Shown piece by piece: positions 48,701 to 63,300 of a stretch of DNA of 64,000 nt. The notes under the pieces are model-generated. The model worked only from the letters and a program-made list of their open reading frames with translations. It ran no database searches and was not told the origin of the DNA. The stretch covers positions 53,816,001-53,880,000 of the forward strand of contig NW_027266308.1 in NCBI RefSeq assembly GCF_022045235.1. Direction: 5' to 3'. Made by a program: the position numbers and the translations under genes. Within the stretch, counting starts at the first letter, position 1. Each line of letters begins with the position of its first letter. Origin of the DNA: Haliotis cracherodii. Lineage: Eukaryota.

Positions 48701-51700
48701 CCCAGTTTGCCTGTGGCATTTTTTCTTTTGATTTGAAATTAGGAATATCGATAGTTTCGATTGTATTTACCATATCAATAAAGTACACGCAGTGCTGTTC
48801 AAATTTGTTTTTCTTTTGATCATGAGTGGTAGTAATTTACACATGGTAATGTGGAAGTTTCTTTTACTTAAATTATTAGGGTAAAGAAAAAACAAATCAG
48901 TCATATCTGAAACTTTACTTTTTATTTGTTGTTATGGTTATCACATTCAAAGGAAACTTCAGTTCCAAGGTTTATTTCAACTCTAAAATCCATCTAAAAT
49001 GATACACTGAAAACAATTGATATTTATCGCAATAGTTGCATGCAGTATCAATAGTTATCGCAGAAGTGATTTCCAGACCAATAGTCACCCCTAATAAATG
49101 ACATGAATTGACTTCTGACATTGGAGGCAAGTCTGTTTCACATGTTGAGGTATCATCCAAGGAACATGGGAGTGATACAGTTATTAATGTAATTAATAGC
49201 TGTTTGGAGGATGAAACCATTACCATTTACACACTGATGACTCTAGCTATTTAGCTGGAATATAGCTGAGTGCGGCGTTAAACAACAAACAATCCAAACC
49301 AAACCAAATCAGAGTTAATCAAAAGTATTTGTGTTTGTCTGCACAATTAAATCTCAATGGAAATATCTAAACCTATTTGTGGTGCACATGGATACTGAAA
49401 TGGTATCCCAGTATAAAGGTGCATGTGAATGCTGCATGGTTTTATGTTTGTTTTCAGACAATGTGATGTGGTGAACATGGAGGGACCAGTACAAGGTGAC
49501 AGGTAATGCTCTGAACAACGCAGACCACACATATATACACCTCAAGGCCATGTATACATGGTGCAGATCCTAGAATTCTGGGTTAGGATGTTTCCTGCAC
49601 CCAGCTAACCCTCTTGTTCTCAAGTCTTATGTACATGGGGGATGGGTAGCACAGTGGTCAAAGGAGACTCAATTATTGTGCAGAATTGCTCCCCTTAGAT
49701 CAACCAGTGCGTTCAAATCCCAGATTCATCCCAGTAAATGATCCTTAATCATTCAACATGATACCAGTGCTTGTGGGATTTTCCAAAGTGACGAACTTCT
49801 TAGGGTTAGGTACTTTAGACTTAAGGATAGCACAGTGGTCAAAGGAGACTCAATTATTGTGCAGAGTTGCTCCCCTTAGATCAACCAGTGCGTTCAAATC
49901 CCAGATTCATCCCAGTAAATGATTCTTAATCATTCAACATGATACCAGTGCTTGTGGGATTTTCCAAAGTGACAAACTTCTTAGGTTTAGGTTCTTTTGA
50001 CTTGCGGGTAGCACAGTGGTCAAAGGAGACTCAATTATTTTGCTGTTACCTCCTTGTTCAACTAGTTGTGCATTCAAATCCCAGATACATGCCAATGATG
50101 ATCTTTAGTCTGTCAACAGGATACCAGTGCTTGTGGGTTTCTTCTAAATGATGAACTTCTTAGATTTAATTTCCTTATGCTTCTGATTCTGAATTAGGCT
50201 GATGTGCTGTTATTGAAGTATCACTCTCATGTCCACAATGCCAGTATCATGAAGAGCATTTTGAAGTGAAGTGTGAATTGGGTGTGGTCATTGTGTTCTC
50301 AGAAACTTAGTTTCATGTGTTAAGGCCACTTCAAATTGATAACTAGTTTACAGGGGCGGTGGGATAGCCTAGTCAGGGTTAGAAACTAACAGTTTTTGTC
50401 CACTAGTCCTTGTAATGATAACATATAGCAAAACCCTTAAAATGGGCCAATTTCTACTAGTCCTTAGGATACCTTTACTATTGGGCATTTTGGTAAGGAC
50501 TACAGGACTAGTGCCAATTTCTAACGCTGCTAGTGGTGTCCTTGATGTTTCTAGAAATGAATCTGGCACAGCTGATCAACAGTTAGTCAACCTGTTGCCG
50601 TGTAACTGTATTGAATAGACCAACAGTCCTTAGGACAGCCCTGTCTGTTGCAGCACACTATGTAGTATGACTTAGTTGTTTGTCCATGTAAGATGTTTTC
50701 AGCATTCAAATGCATCATGAAGAGAACAACATCCTTGGTATTGATTCAACTATGAATCAGCCAATTGGCCAATCACTGAATATGCTTCTGTTTATCGATT
50801 TGTTTTACAGAAGAATTCATGGAGCGTCCAATAAGTACTTTAGTGTGACGCGGTCATGGACTGCAATCAGTCTACTGTAGATCTGATACCAATGGTAGAG
50901 AAATAAGGCTGTATTATTCTAAACTTTCATAGCTTTTAATAATGCTTTTTCATACTAATTTCAATATCGTGCTGTGAACTGAAGCATTCAAAGGCCTGTT
51001 GCAGATCTGAAATAAGTTTATAAACAGCTTGTCACTGTGCAATTGACAACTCCAGGGTTGAGTTGTGAATTGTCTTCCTTTTAGCAACATGTTTCCCAAT
51101 ATATGTCGGTGGAGGTGTTTGTGTCTGTCTCAGTAGTAACATGCAGTGTTCATGTGCATACCCTCTGGCTTCTCATCAAATTCTGATTACCGGTTTTGTA
51201 ATGTCGTCACTCACCCTAATTCACTGCCTGAGGCTGCTTCACTTAACTGTGTTTGTTAGCTTTAGAATATTTGATATCGTCATCATAGAATTGAACTGTG
51301 ACTCATTTGTAATAATTCAATGGTCACATTATTTGATATTTACTCTAATAACTTAATGTAATATGGTTATCAAGGATATGTCTTGTAATACAGGTTGTAA
51401 CTGTAGTGTATTCAGTAGTATTCAACCCACTCATCAAATACTTTTAGCTTTCAAAGATTCCTTCCATTGTCAAAATTCAGCTGACAGTGGCATGAAATAA
51501 GTATCATGTAGTACTAGTAGTATGTTATGCAATAGTATTTTTCATCATGTTCAGTCTTTTTATCATGTGATGAGCAAAGGATGTTTGAGTTGTCTAGGCA
51601 CAAATTTGGTTTTCTGCATCACTTTCTGTACCTGTTTTACCCAAGCTTATGGATTGCCATTACCTGAGCTTACTCACATAAAGAAATGTTGCTGAACAAA

Positions 51701-54700
51701 GGGCAAAAGCTTCAGCCTGCTGCATCCCATCTACAGAGGGGATGTTGTAATTGAACAGTTGTCTCATATATGAGTGCTACAAGCTTTTTGACATTACCAT
51801 ATTAAGTGACTATTTGCATCTGTCTTAGTATCCCTTACCAGTTATTCTTGACATAATGTTGATCAAAGGTAATATTGCAGAGCGGTACAGGTCATCAGTA
51901 ACAGTGCTGGTCAGGCATAAAACAACATTCACCCATCCAGTCACTAGACTTAAAGAAATTACAAGATTCTGCTTAGAGCGTGTGGCTGCAGTCACAGAAT
52001 GTGTATTGGATCTGTGCCAAAATGTTGAGTCTATGAGCCCAAACTTTGCTTCTCGCATCAGTAGATTTTAATGTAATATTATAGACCATTGTGACCTGAG
52101 TTGACTTGATCAAACAGAATACCCGATTTAGGCTTCAGACTGGTGGCTGAAGTCGTAGACTATATGTATGTATATGGGAATTTTACTACAAGGAGGAAAC
52201 CACAGCATCATGTAGTAGTGCATCATATATTCTTTAGTAAAGCTCATGCTTTTAAATGCATTGGACTTCCAGGTGAATGTGATCTAAATGAATGGAAACA
52301 GTGAATACATTAACATTGTACCAGGTTGTATTGTGATTCTGTTCACTGGTTCAAATCGAGGGCTGATCTGTGACAGTAATGAATATGAATATTAACTGCA
52401 ATATGGTTCTCACACTCCTACATATCACACCCAAGTATGTGTACACAGGGTATAGTAGAGCTTTGGCGGGTTAGTTTATTTTTGTCTCGATATGGTGACA
52501 TGCTATTGATAAGCGAGGTAAGGTTATGCAGTGTAATCAATCATGTGGTGATCCATCTGCCACTTTGTTTTCACTGGACTTGCATAAGGTAACAGGTATG
52601 TCCTTGGGGTGTCTCTTGCGTTGATGTTAAACCTGTCATCTTTGGTTGGTATATTTTGAGATTTCATCATTAGTCATCTGTTAGTCCTTAGCAGTCATTC
52701 ATTTGTAACATGATCTTGAAATTGTATTCTTTTTAGTTATTTTGCACCTCATTTACAGTTTGCCTCTATGTTTGAATTGTTTCCTCTCTTGATTAAGAAC
52801 CTTTATGGTCAATCCTTTTGTTAGATCTAAGAGCAGTTTGTGAAGGGTCAGATCATCTTCCCGGGGCAAGGGAGTTATCTGACTATAAAAGTCAAGTTGC
52901 CACCCTTACCGAACTTGCCTGGAATTTCGGGGCTTGCTTCTAGCACAACCAGTGGCGATTACAAGTTATGTCCCTTCTACGATCCTCCTGATGATTCCAC
53001 CTCTCTTATAACTTGCATTTGTTTCAAAGAAAATGGTGATGCCTAGTCAAGACTATCTATTGTAATAAACCGAGTCTTACTTGCATCAAATCATGTGAGC
53101 ACCTTGATTAAAGAGATGAAAAGATTTGGAAAATATCTGTTGACGCTTAGTTGGCAGTATACATACTTTGCAAATCCTGCAATTGATTGAAATCTGCATG
53201 ACAGTGTCATTGCACAATTTTGATAAGACTATGCATAGATTCGTTAGTCCAGCCAAAATCTAACTCCATAATTCCAGCCTAGTTCGGCACGGGTGGAAAC
53301 TGGACCTGCACAGTCAGTTAACTCCCTTGCCTCAGGAAGATGAATGTTATTGTTGTAGTTTGTATGATACAGCATGTGCCCTCGTGAACAGAAGGCTGAG
53401 GGTTTGATCCCTGGCCCTGTCATACAAAAGATGTTAAAAGATGGTACTTGTTGTTACCCTGCCTGGCTCTTGGCATTAAGGGGCTTAAACATGGACTGGT
53501 CAGCTTTCACTCACACGCACTCATGCATGCAAGTCGCTATGCAAGTGCAATAATCTTGAACAATAAAACCCATTTCACCTCACCTTGTTTGTATGATGAT
53601 GTCTGATTAGGATAAAGACATTCTAGAGATAGCCTTTATCATACATTCAGGGATGATGACACACCACTATACCATTTTTCTATTCATGAAGGTCTTGTGT
53701 ATATGGGTCACCGGTCAGTCTGGTGAGAATCAGTGTCACCAAGCCATGCAGCAACAGGGGTCATTAGGGATCCTGGACACTAGTTTGTCCTGAGTAAACA
53801 TGCTAACATGTTTAAGTGTGGTCCTTTCCAGCTTTGGTGTGAGGTACTTTATTGAGGTACTGACCTAACAGGGACACAGCATTGGTAACTCTTTGTGACA
53901 GCTTCACAACAGTGGTGTGCGCTGGCCCTTGCACCGCTTGGGGTTTCATTCATCTGACCTGAAGGACTTCTTCCGTAAGCGTGAATGTTTGTTCATGGAA
54001 TCACAATTAATTTTATTAAGTGAACATCATCTCCTTGGAAACCAAAAAGGTAATGTGGTACTGAAATTTGGAACAATTACATGGAGAATATGCATTCTTC
54101 ATATCAAACTGACCAGATTACATAGCGAGTTAACAGACAGTCTCCTTACTATTCAGATTACTATGAATGTACCAGGTGAACAACAGTGCACTACTTTCAT
54201 TTTTATTTCAATGCAGTCGTTGCTCCATTTTTATGTTTCTAGTTCGTAACATTGTCTGTAGGTAGTGTGCATTGATCCATGAGGTATAAGTTATGCTTTT
54301 GTGTGTACTTAATTTGGTTCTAAATTGTTTACACAGCCTGTGAACTTGCTCTCTCACTCCTGCGAATATGTGCATTTTGATTTTATCGAAATCACAAGAA
54401 CAATGAATCAGAAACTTTTTGTCTCATTGTTTCCATAGCAACCATATTGAAAGATGAGTTGTTGATTATTGGCCGTAATAATGACACATGCTGATATTTT
54501 GGTTGCGTTCTACTCAAGCAAGGATGTTCTCATGCTGACAGCATTTGAAACTGTTCACAAACTTGTCGTTTTCATTGCAAAGGTGTTTGAGTGCTTGTGC
54601 TCTGTTTAGTCATAGACAGCAATGATGCAGATACTTACCCAGTGTTGGAAATTAAGGCGGAGTCCTATTGTATTTGGGGCTTTAAGATTTTGATAAAAGG

Positions 54701-57396
54701 TTCATGACAAAAGACCCTTGCCTTTCATACTTGGTTTCCACTGCCTCCGTGGTCTAGTGGTAGAGCGTCCCCCCGGAGAGCGGAAGGTCCTGGGTTTGAT
54801 CCCCGACCGCGTCATACTAAAAGACGTTAAAAGATGGTACTTATTGTTACCCTGTCTGTCGCCCGGCATTAAGGGACTCAAGCAAGGACTGGTCGGCTCA
54901 GAGTCAGTATACTTTGTCTGAATGGGGTATTCATGTTAAACTGCGGCATGGTATCTCTGTGAGCTAGCACTATAAATCAGCATCAGTCCGGACTAGTACA
55001 AGCAGCCACAATAACACACACAAGTACATGCACGTCGCTATATAAGTCATGAAGTGCAATAATCTTGGACGCGACGTTAAACCCCATTTCACCTCACCTC
55101 ATACTTGGTTTCACTGCATACCACTCAGTAAGCATGGTAAGTTTACCGTATGATATATTAACCATGAAATACACAATTTGTGTCTCAATGTTACCAGAGC
55201 AATTTGAGTAAGATTTTGTTGAATATTCTTACACTACTGATCTGTAGTGAATCAGAGATGGGAGGCATTTTAGTGTATGAGCAATGGAAATAAAGTGTTA
55301 CTTTGAAGATGAAAGGTTTTCTACATATGGAATGTTTGATTTAGAGGCAGCATATTTCCAAGGACACATCACAGATGATGTGAGTTGACGACTATGGATG
55401 TATCCTGGGATCTGCTCATTGTTGACACAAATTAGAGTGTCAGGCCACCGTTATCGCGCCAATTAGGCACCTTTCCCCTGCCTTGCTCCCTCCCAACACT
55501 GTCCCACTGTCTTTCTCTCTCCGGCTTCACCCTTCAGTGGTGGGGGTATGAATGAGGCAGGTCTGTTACTGTAGGAGAAGGTGAATTCCTATGTTTCCTG
55601 GTGCTAGGATGAGGGTAGCCAGGTAGAAGTGTCTTTGTTAGGTGTCAACAGGGCGTGACCAATGTGACTGGCCACTCTGAATACATGGACCTGCACCAGT
55701 CCTCCTAGGTGGGACTAGCACTTGTGTGTTGTGAAGGTCAGTGTTTGGGATGTTTTATTTCCCATAGTTGACAATATCAATAAGATATTAATGTACAGTA
55801 TAGAGTCATTGATTGAAGCGGTCTTATGGTGATGTTATATGTTTCAGACATTGATACTTGACACGAGGCTGAGCTGGCCCCTACCCATTGTTGACACAAA
55901 CGCTAGTGATACTGTATAGTAGCACATTCCTTGCACAATGCTCGGTCTCAACTTCATTGTCAGCATCAGTTACAAGGCCTCTCCATGTTCATTGTAAATA
56001 GGCCACTGAAAAATCAGTAGTGAACAAAAAATATCTTCTCAGTCAGAACCATTAGTTTGGAAGTTTTACTGTCTGACACTCTTAGCTGATTGTGAAGCAT
56101 TGCCATTGGTAAGCTTGCCTAGATGTGTATTAAACTCAACAGTATGTAGACATTCAGCTCCTTTTCCATCCTCACCCTCAACACCTGCTGGTTGTGCTGC
56201 TTATCTACTCAGGTATGTTGCCCTAACAGTATTCTTCAGAGAAATCATAACATGCTAAGGCTTAATAAGTTATGTAGATGTTCCAATTACTCTCAAATCC
56301 AAAACAGGGTTGGTCAGGTTTTCTCTTCCATATGTTTCCCATCCTCCATTTATCCTACTTTCAAGTTTATAGTATTTAGGTGAACACCACTGAGAACTAG
56401 TCACACTATCAGGACCTCATTGTTTTCTTATGAAGTAACACTGATGACAAATCAGAGAAAATCAAATATATATATACACCGATTCACAAAATGGCGCTTC
56501 ATTGTTGATGGCAACATATAACGATCATTATGAGATTAACAGCTTCCCACATTATGAAAGTGGATGACTGGTTTGTTAAATCTTTATTAGAAATAATAAT
56601 GACTTTTTCAACGTTTTTCATCTTATATTTTTTAATATCTGCGATTACCGGCACATGTCTTGCAGTCCGACTTCGCAGTGTTTTTTGCCTTTCAGTTCCT
56701 GGTTCGGCATATCTGCGGGTCATATCATTTTCTTTCATATTTCAATGGTCAAGTTAACACCTCGGCTTATCTACGGGGTCGGCTTATCCGCGGTCATATA
56801 CGGTAAACAAGCATTGTTCACTAGAAACATGTTTTTTTTCCAGTGATTTAAAATAATCATTGCATATGTACATCATAGACATGGTTACGTCAGATCATTG
56901 TCAGGGTTTATAGGCAGGACTGAAGACGTCACATTTTTTTATGCTTATGTAATTTTAAAAAATCTCCACTCATGTTAGAAGCCCAAGTTATAGTTTCTAT
57001 ATATGGCCAGAAGCTGTGTGTAGGTGTTTCTTACACAACATGTGAAATGGAGTATGAACACGCACACAAATGATGCGACAAAACCCACATTATTGCTTTA
57101 GAGTCACAATGACCCTCAGGTTTTGTGGAGCTGTTGTGAATATTCGATCAACACCGAATTAAAATAAATCACTCTCATCATGTGTGTCGGCTGCATTGAA
57201 TGACGAATGAGTCAAGAGGTATTTTTAAAAACAGATTGACTGATTATCTTGGCGTCTTGAAGCTGAGTTAGTGTGACCACTTCAATACGCTCACACGTAT
57301 GTTGAGACTGGTTTATTGTCTTGCGGCAGATGTTGCCAGTCGTCCCATCATCTTTTGCCACACCAAGGTGTTCAATATCTTCCTGACCTAGCTCAG
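45798..57396 (+). CDS. Putative 5' exons of an unidentified gene (MGSVYR[QCDVVNMEGPVQGDR]CCQSSHHLLPHQGVQYLPDLAQ...)
   Basis: aaaATGGGTTCAGTCTACAG|gtgagt (45798-45814, strong Kozak and donor, phase 2). Optional 45-nt exon 49458-49502 (ttttcag|...ag|gtaatg, phase 2-2). Exon 57330-57396 (gcag|...cag|gtgaga). All join in frame without stops. No homology recognised; it could be a uORF in a long leader. Confidence 0.4.
49644..50165 (+). repeat. Tandem triplication of a ~180-bp decayed tRNA-SINE-derived unit
   Basis: Three copies beginning g(g/a)tagcacagtggtcaaaggagactcaattat, each with a gttcaaatcc B-box-like motif. Confidence 0.88.
50374..50529. mobile_element. 156-bp MITE inserted in a SINE head with a 5-bp duplication (ctagt)
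   Basis: ctagt|cagggttagaaa ... tttctaacgctg|ctagt; removing it restores ggggcggtgggatagcctagtggt, the family A SINE head. Confidence 0.7.
52854..53342. mobile_element. Second copy of the long-TIR MITE (see 11849-12393)
   Basis: Same TIRs and internal sequence (aaatcatgtgagcaccttgattaaa...ggaaaatatctgttgac). Confidence 0.88.
54742..55100 (+). mobile_element. Full-length tRNA-derived SINE family C (resembles molluscan RUDI/V-type SINEs); others at about 27700-27912(-), 53372-53585(+)
   Basis: A box ggtctagtggtag, B box gggtttgatccc, body ...gtgagctagcactataaa..., tail gacgttaaaccccatttcacctcacc. Family name is from recall and unverified. Confidence 0.8.
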
Positions 57397-60300
57397 GTGA
57401 GAAAACCATCTTATATGTTCAGGGACAAGAAACCATCACAAGGTATTCCAGTTTTGGCAACATTTGCGCACAGCAGGAACAAATGGATTAAGGTTTTGAG
57501 CTCAACTGGTTTAAAGGTAATTGAGGTTGAGGTCCCTGCCTTGCTTTGTAACAATGGGATACCAACAGCAGTTAGACGTTAATGTGCTTGAAATGTTTGT
57601 GCTTGTTTTGCTCTAATTTATAGGAGTTAACGGTTAACATACTAAGAAGAAATGTAATTGGTAAGGGTGAACAATTAAATAATGCATAATTATTTTTGGA
57701 CATGATGCAGAACGTGCATTTGTTTTCAGGGTGATACAATAGAAAGATGCAATATAGGATGCAAATAGCGCCCCAGGTGTTGAACCATTGTAGTACTCAG
57801 TACTGATGATATACTGATCAGCAGGAGTTTGAAGACAAGCCCAGACTCTATTTTGTGTGAAACATCCTAGTTATACATTTGGAAGTACTGTAGTAATACA
57901 CATTGAACTGTAGCTTATTTGACCATCATGTTCATGGAATCCAGGCAATGTCTAAGCTGCTAACAGAGGGAAACACAGATTTGAACAGGATTTGATATTA
58001 TTCACAAACCTTGGCTACCTTACTCATGCTGGGCTATACAGGTGACCAGAAACCATTGCAAATGGTTACTGCATATCTTTGAGATTCCTAAAGTTCAAGG
58101 TTATGATATTTTTTGGTTTAATTCAACCATTACGTTATCTTATATGGATAAATATCTGGAACAACATTTGTACTTTTGCTATGTTTCTGTGATTGCAATT
58201 AACAACTATATATAAATTAGCACGGGTTCTATGGTCCTTGCCAAACTGCCCACTAGTTCAGGTATCATAGGAACCAGAAGAAATTAGCCATTTTTAACGG
58301 TTTTGCTATTTGTTTTCATAAAAGGACAAGTGGACTATAAATGTTACTTTCTAACGCTGACAAATCTATTACTTTATTGCTGAGCAGTTAAGATCTTATT
58401 GCTGATATGCTTACACTGATTATCTTAGTGTCTTGCCTGTGTGTTGTGTGTTATTCAGTGTTACCTCATCTTTGTAGCTGTTGGTTCATCATGACAAGAC
58501 AATCACAAATCAGTTTGTCTTCTTGTTGTCATTTTGTAGTCTTCTTTCATATGTGTAACCATTGCAGGGTTATTTATTTGGAAACATTTCAATGCAAGTC
58601 ATGGTGGTTCAAAATAATCATTAAGATATGGCGAGGAATGTCGAAACATGCTTGCATGAAAATGTTCCAGAAATTAATTAATTTCAGTTTGTCAAAGATA
58701 TGACTGTTATGTTATCTTAGCCATCAATTCCTTATCTTAAAAGGTGTTTGGGACGAGCTGATGGTGGTGTTTCTGGTAATTAGCATGCATTGATGAGCCT
58801 CATTAAGGAGCCCATCACCTGAGTCTGTTGCCATGACCTTGTTACATTGACAAAACGCTTGGCTTCAACGTCAGCAGATAAATTATGAAAATCATTGTTA
58901 CTGTCAGCAGCTGTTCAGGACAGAACTGCTGCCACGAAATATATCTACCTTCATATCCAACAAGTCGCATATGACACAACCTGTATTTTGTTGGTACTGT
59001 GGTTAGAAATGGTCATAAGTATTGAGACATGAAAGTATGGGTCGTCCATTACTAATATATGAAGCAGTGATGTCAGCACTGTGGCGATGCAGCTACAGCA
59101 GCCTCTTATTGATTGCTAGGGAAAAATCAATATCGCTTTGCTGGTGGTAGTAGGAAATTTAGAATTCACTGGCTGTGTACTGCTATAGTTGGACAGGTCC
59201 ATTGTTGAGAGAAGGGGAGCAGACACCAGGGTGGCATTTAGAATTGTGTTTTTACCCAGAGTAGTCTGATTATTATAATGCAGGCATCTGCAATGCAGAC
59301 TTTACTTCACCCAAGTCTAACTACGTACTGTCTGGAGATTATAAGGATCAAATTCACCTCTACCAACTGAGCCTGGCTGTAAGTCTATCTACCTGCTCCA
59401 CCCATCCCGAACTTGGGTATGCCTTGTGTGCTTGTCAATTGCTTCTGCCATGGTGGCTATTTGGTGGACCACGGGGAAGCGACAAAAATTCTAGAGAATA
59501 CTCTATCTTCCATGATGAATTCTGAAACGGCCAAGAACTTTCGAGTGTAAGTAGTTTTCAGATGAAAAGATTGAAACAAATCATTCTAATATGTGCTGTT
59601 CTATCACATATGAGTCATTTGCATATCATTCACCAGGCTACCAATTATAATAAGATGGCATTGTGCAATGATGTGAGTTTTCATCAAAACATTGAAGACA
59701 TATTGAACAAATTCAAGTCCTTTTTTCAATGGTATATTGTGAGAATATCTTGTGATGTGAGCCAGATGTATTTGAATCGCTGATCAATAGAATGTTGATC
59801 AGACGATATGTGATTCACCGGTGGACTGGGTAGGCTGTGCCACGGACTGTAGGTCTGCTTCTCAGTCTGCGTACTGTGACTGAGTCAGTGGAAGAAAGCC
59901 CACAGTGTATGTATGTGAGGGAGGGAGTTCACCTGACCTTGCTGCTAACATGTGATAGTGATCCACAGGAAGTCCTGACTTTGTATTTTTACCTCGCCTG
60001 GCTCACAATGCAGGCTGCCATGGCTCGCTGCCTCATGTTTATATAGTCTGTGTTGTTACATCTGAATGCCACTGTAGTCTTCTTCCACTTCCGGCCTATA
60101 ATCATTAATTATATTATCACACTCAGCCCAAACATTACATCAGCACTTTAAGTCATGTCATTCCTCAGGGCCATATCAGTAGTCAACTACCTCAACTCAA
60201 CATAATCGTCATTCCAATTTGAACCTGAGATAAATTAAAGGAGGCTTAAATTTGGGTTGAATTCATACAAATAGAATATCATGGTAGTTTTTGCTCAATC

Positions 60301-63300
60301 ATTTTCATGTTGTGCAGTGTCATATGATGAGAGTGTAGAGATGTATGCCCTACTGTCTATTCTGAGTGACTCATGCTATTATGTGTCTGTCACCTGATTT
60401 GATAGATATACATCAAATAGTCCTATTGGTGTCTCTCTTGAATTTAGTAAAAAAATACTGTATACAGCACAGCTGAGATGGAAGTGCATGTTTCTAGTTA
60501 TGTGGGAGCCCCTGTTCGGGCTGTCTGGGAGTAATCTGAACTGTACCCTTGATTACCTCTATTGTTAGACAGATTCATCACTATCTTCTAGTTTTGTTGA
60601 CAGGGTATGACAATGTATGGAGGAGCTGTTAGCGGTTTCCCACTATTAGTGCAGAGTAGACAGTCTGCAGCATTTTACCTGTTTATGAAGGTTTCACTCG
60701 GTTCATATTGGCTGTTTTGGTGTATCATGGGTCAGATAAGTTGCCTATCAGTAGTCTTCTTAGCTAAAGATTAAAACTACAAAACAAAAAGACCATGTCT
60801 GGTGTAAATGTCAATTCATATTTTATATTTTGTACCTCAAAGGATGGTACACATTTTAATGTAGTATGTGTGACTTCATGTTTACACTGGAGTGTGTCGT
60901 TAAAACAATAGTGCCTCAAGAGGAGAGGTGACATAAGCATATGTATGCTCAAATCGCTCCTCTGTAACATCTTTTGTAGTTTAATGAGAACAAATAGATT
61001 TTAATAATATTGTTGGATGAGAAATATCTGCTAAGAACTACCTTAGTAAGTCAGTGACGAAGTAGTATAACATTTACTTCAAGTTGAGGACGTGAAATGG
61101 CCGAAATGATCAACATAACAGGTTTTTTTGGTTTTTTTCCAAAAATTGTCCATGAACGTATGGCCATCATAAGTGTTAGTCGTTAATCAATAAGCTAAGT
61201 ATGAAGATATGTCGAATAGATACTGAACTAAAATTCATAGATTGTTGTGGAATGTTGTTGACTGTCACTGTCAGGCCAGGCAAGGGTCAAGTTGATAGGC
61301 TCATTTGGGGGTGCTTTCTTTGTTTTCTTTGCTAGGATAGGTTGTAGCAAGGATATTCTATGATTTTGTTTTTGTTTGTTGTTTCATGCTGGACTCAACA
61401 ATATTCCAGCTATATGACAGCGGTCTGTAAATAATTGAGTCCAGTGATTGATATCATGAGCATCGATCAGACCAAATGGGATACGATGACATGCATCAAC
61501 CAAGTCAGTGAGCCTGACAACTCGATCCCGTTAGACGCCTCTAAGACAAGCATGGGGTTGCTGAAGACCAACTCTAACCCAGATCTTCTATAAGGGGCAT
61601 GCAGTCAAACACTCCTTTTCCATAGCACAAACGCAGACTTCAAGATTAAGTTGTCTAAATGATCAGGAACAACCCTTATATAGGTAGTCATGCTAGGGAA
61701 TTCCCAGGGGTTTTACATGCTTTCATATGACCATTATTTTCAGTCATGTGACCGTCCTTCTCGTCCAAAGGAAAAACTGTATTTTATGTGAAGTTCACCT
61801 TAAAAGATATTTTACCATGTCACACAGCCTGCACAAATATCTATATGTAAAATAAGCTTCATTTTATTGCATCCTCTCTAATGGAAAACGATACACAAGC
61901 AGGTATTCCGGTTTGTTGAACTGTATGCCTATGTAGTACATCACTGTACAATATGGATAAGTAAACGGTTGGTCACAGATGTTGCATATTCTAGGCTCTT
62001 CAGAAATGGGCTACATTAGATATACAGCATATTCACTTCGTGCCAATATTTATCTTTCTTGTGTCGCTAAAAGCACCGCACATCTTTGAGATAATAGCTA
62101 ATTGATGTAGCTTGATGGAACACAGAGTACGAATCAAGCGCAAAACTGCTCATATCATTTTTGGAACTTTATGTGAGATCTATACGTTTTGAACTGTGGT
62201 CATGCCACATAAACTGATAACTTGTAATGTTAGAGTTTGTCTAACATTTAACAAATGCAACTACTCATTTAGTTAACATGATCGTGATGATTACAGGGCA
62301 CTTGCAGACTGAAATTCGAACATCGTCGGAAAGGGGATATATAGAGGATATTTCATGTGTTGTGAAGTATCAAAGCCAAGAGTGAAAATATCTCTTCTCT
62401 TCTGTCACAAGATAAGAGAAACATAATATTTCCCAAGACACATGGAATATCCGATTCATTATATACTTTTTGTGTAGTTGTCTACCAGAATTTTTTTTTT
62501 TTCATTACAAATGTAAAACCTTGAAACGTAAATTGTCCCTACCAAACACACTGGGACGTTTCACCATCTCTTGTAAATGCGACTTAAAAAGTAGTTCTGA
62601 GTTTGAAAGATCTTTATATTAAAAAAAAAGTAATAAAAAATTATTCGAGATGACTAAATTTCTTTATCATACTTTTGGATATAATAATGTACATAATCAA
62701 CTTAAAAAAACACAATTTATGAAACCTAGGACATCACTATTGGAAGCGAAGGTATAACAAAAAGGGCACTTTGCGAAACGAACAGTCTCGATTGACAAGA
62801 TAAATAAGTGAGTTAAAATTTAACATCTCATCAGCATTATTTCAGCGATATAGCGACTTACATGATAAATTTATAGTTTTTAATGAAACATTTACAAGAG
62901 AATAACAAACAACAAGAAGTGATGTTAACTCCATAAATGACCATCTGTCAATGTGGTACTAACGTTAAGAGGAAGTCAACAGTTTGTGAACGGGCCAGAT
63001 ACTTACGATAAAAGAGACAATTTCTGTGCATGTTTTCATGTTTTTGTATGACAATAGTTCTGTCAAAGTGTTATATTCACTGCAGTGAAAGTATACTTTT
63101 CTCAACTTCAGAAAACTCAGTCTTTCACACTGAAGTATATAATAAAATGTGTTATTGTAAGAGGAGTCCATTACGCATTACATGTTGTAATGCTAAGTAG
63201 TTTTACAAAAATCACTACTTTTTCTGTTTCTGTAGTTTAATTACAAATGCTTTTGATTTGATCAGAATTTACGCGTTCATTTCTTTGCTATTCTTGTGAT

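Noticed and set aside
57731-57776. Candidate exon after the acceptor ttgttttcag
   Set aside because: In-frame stop in the required phase and a weak donor.
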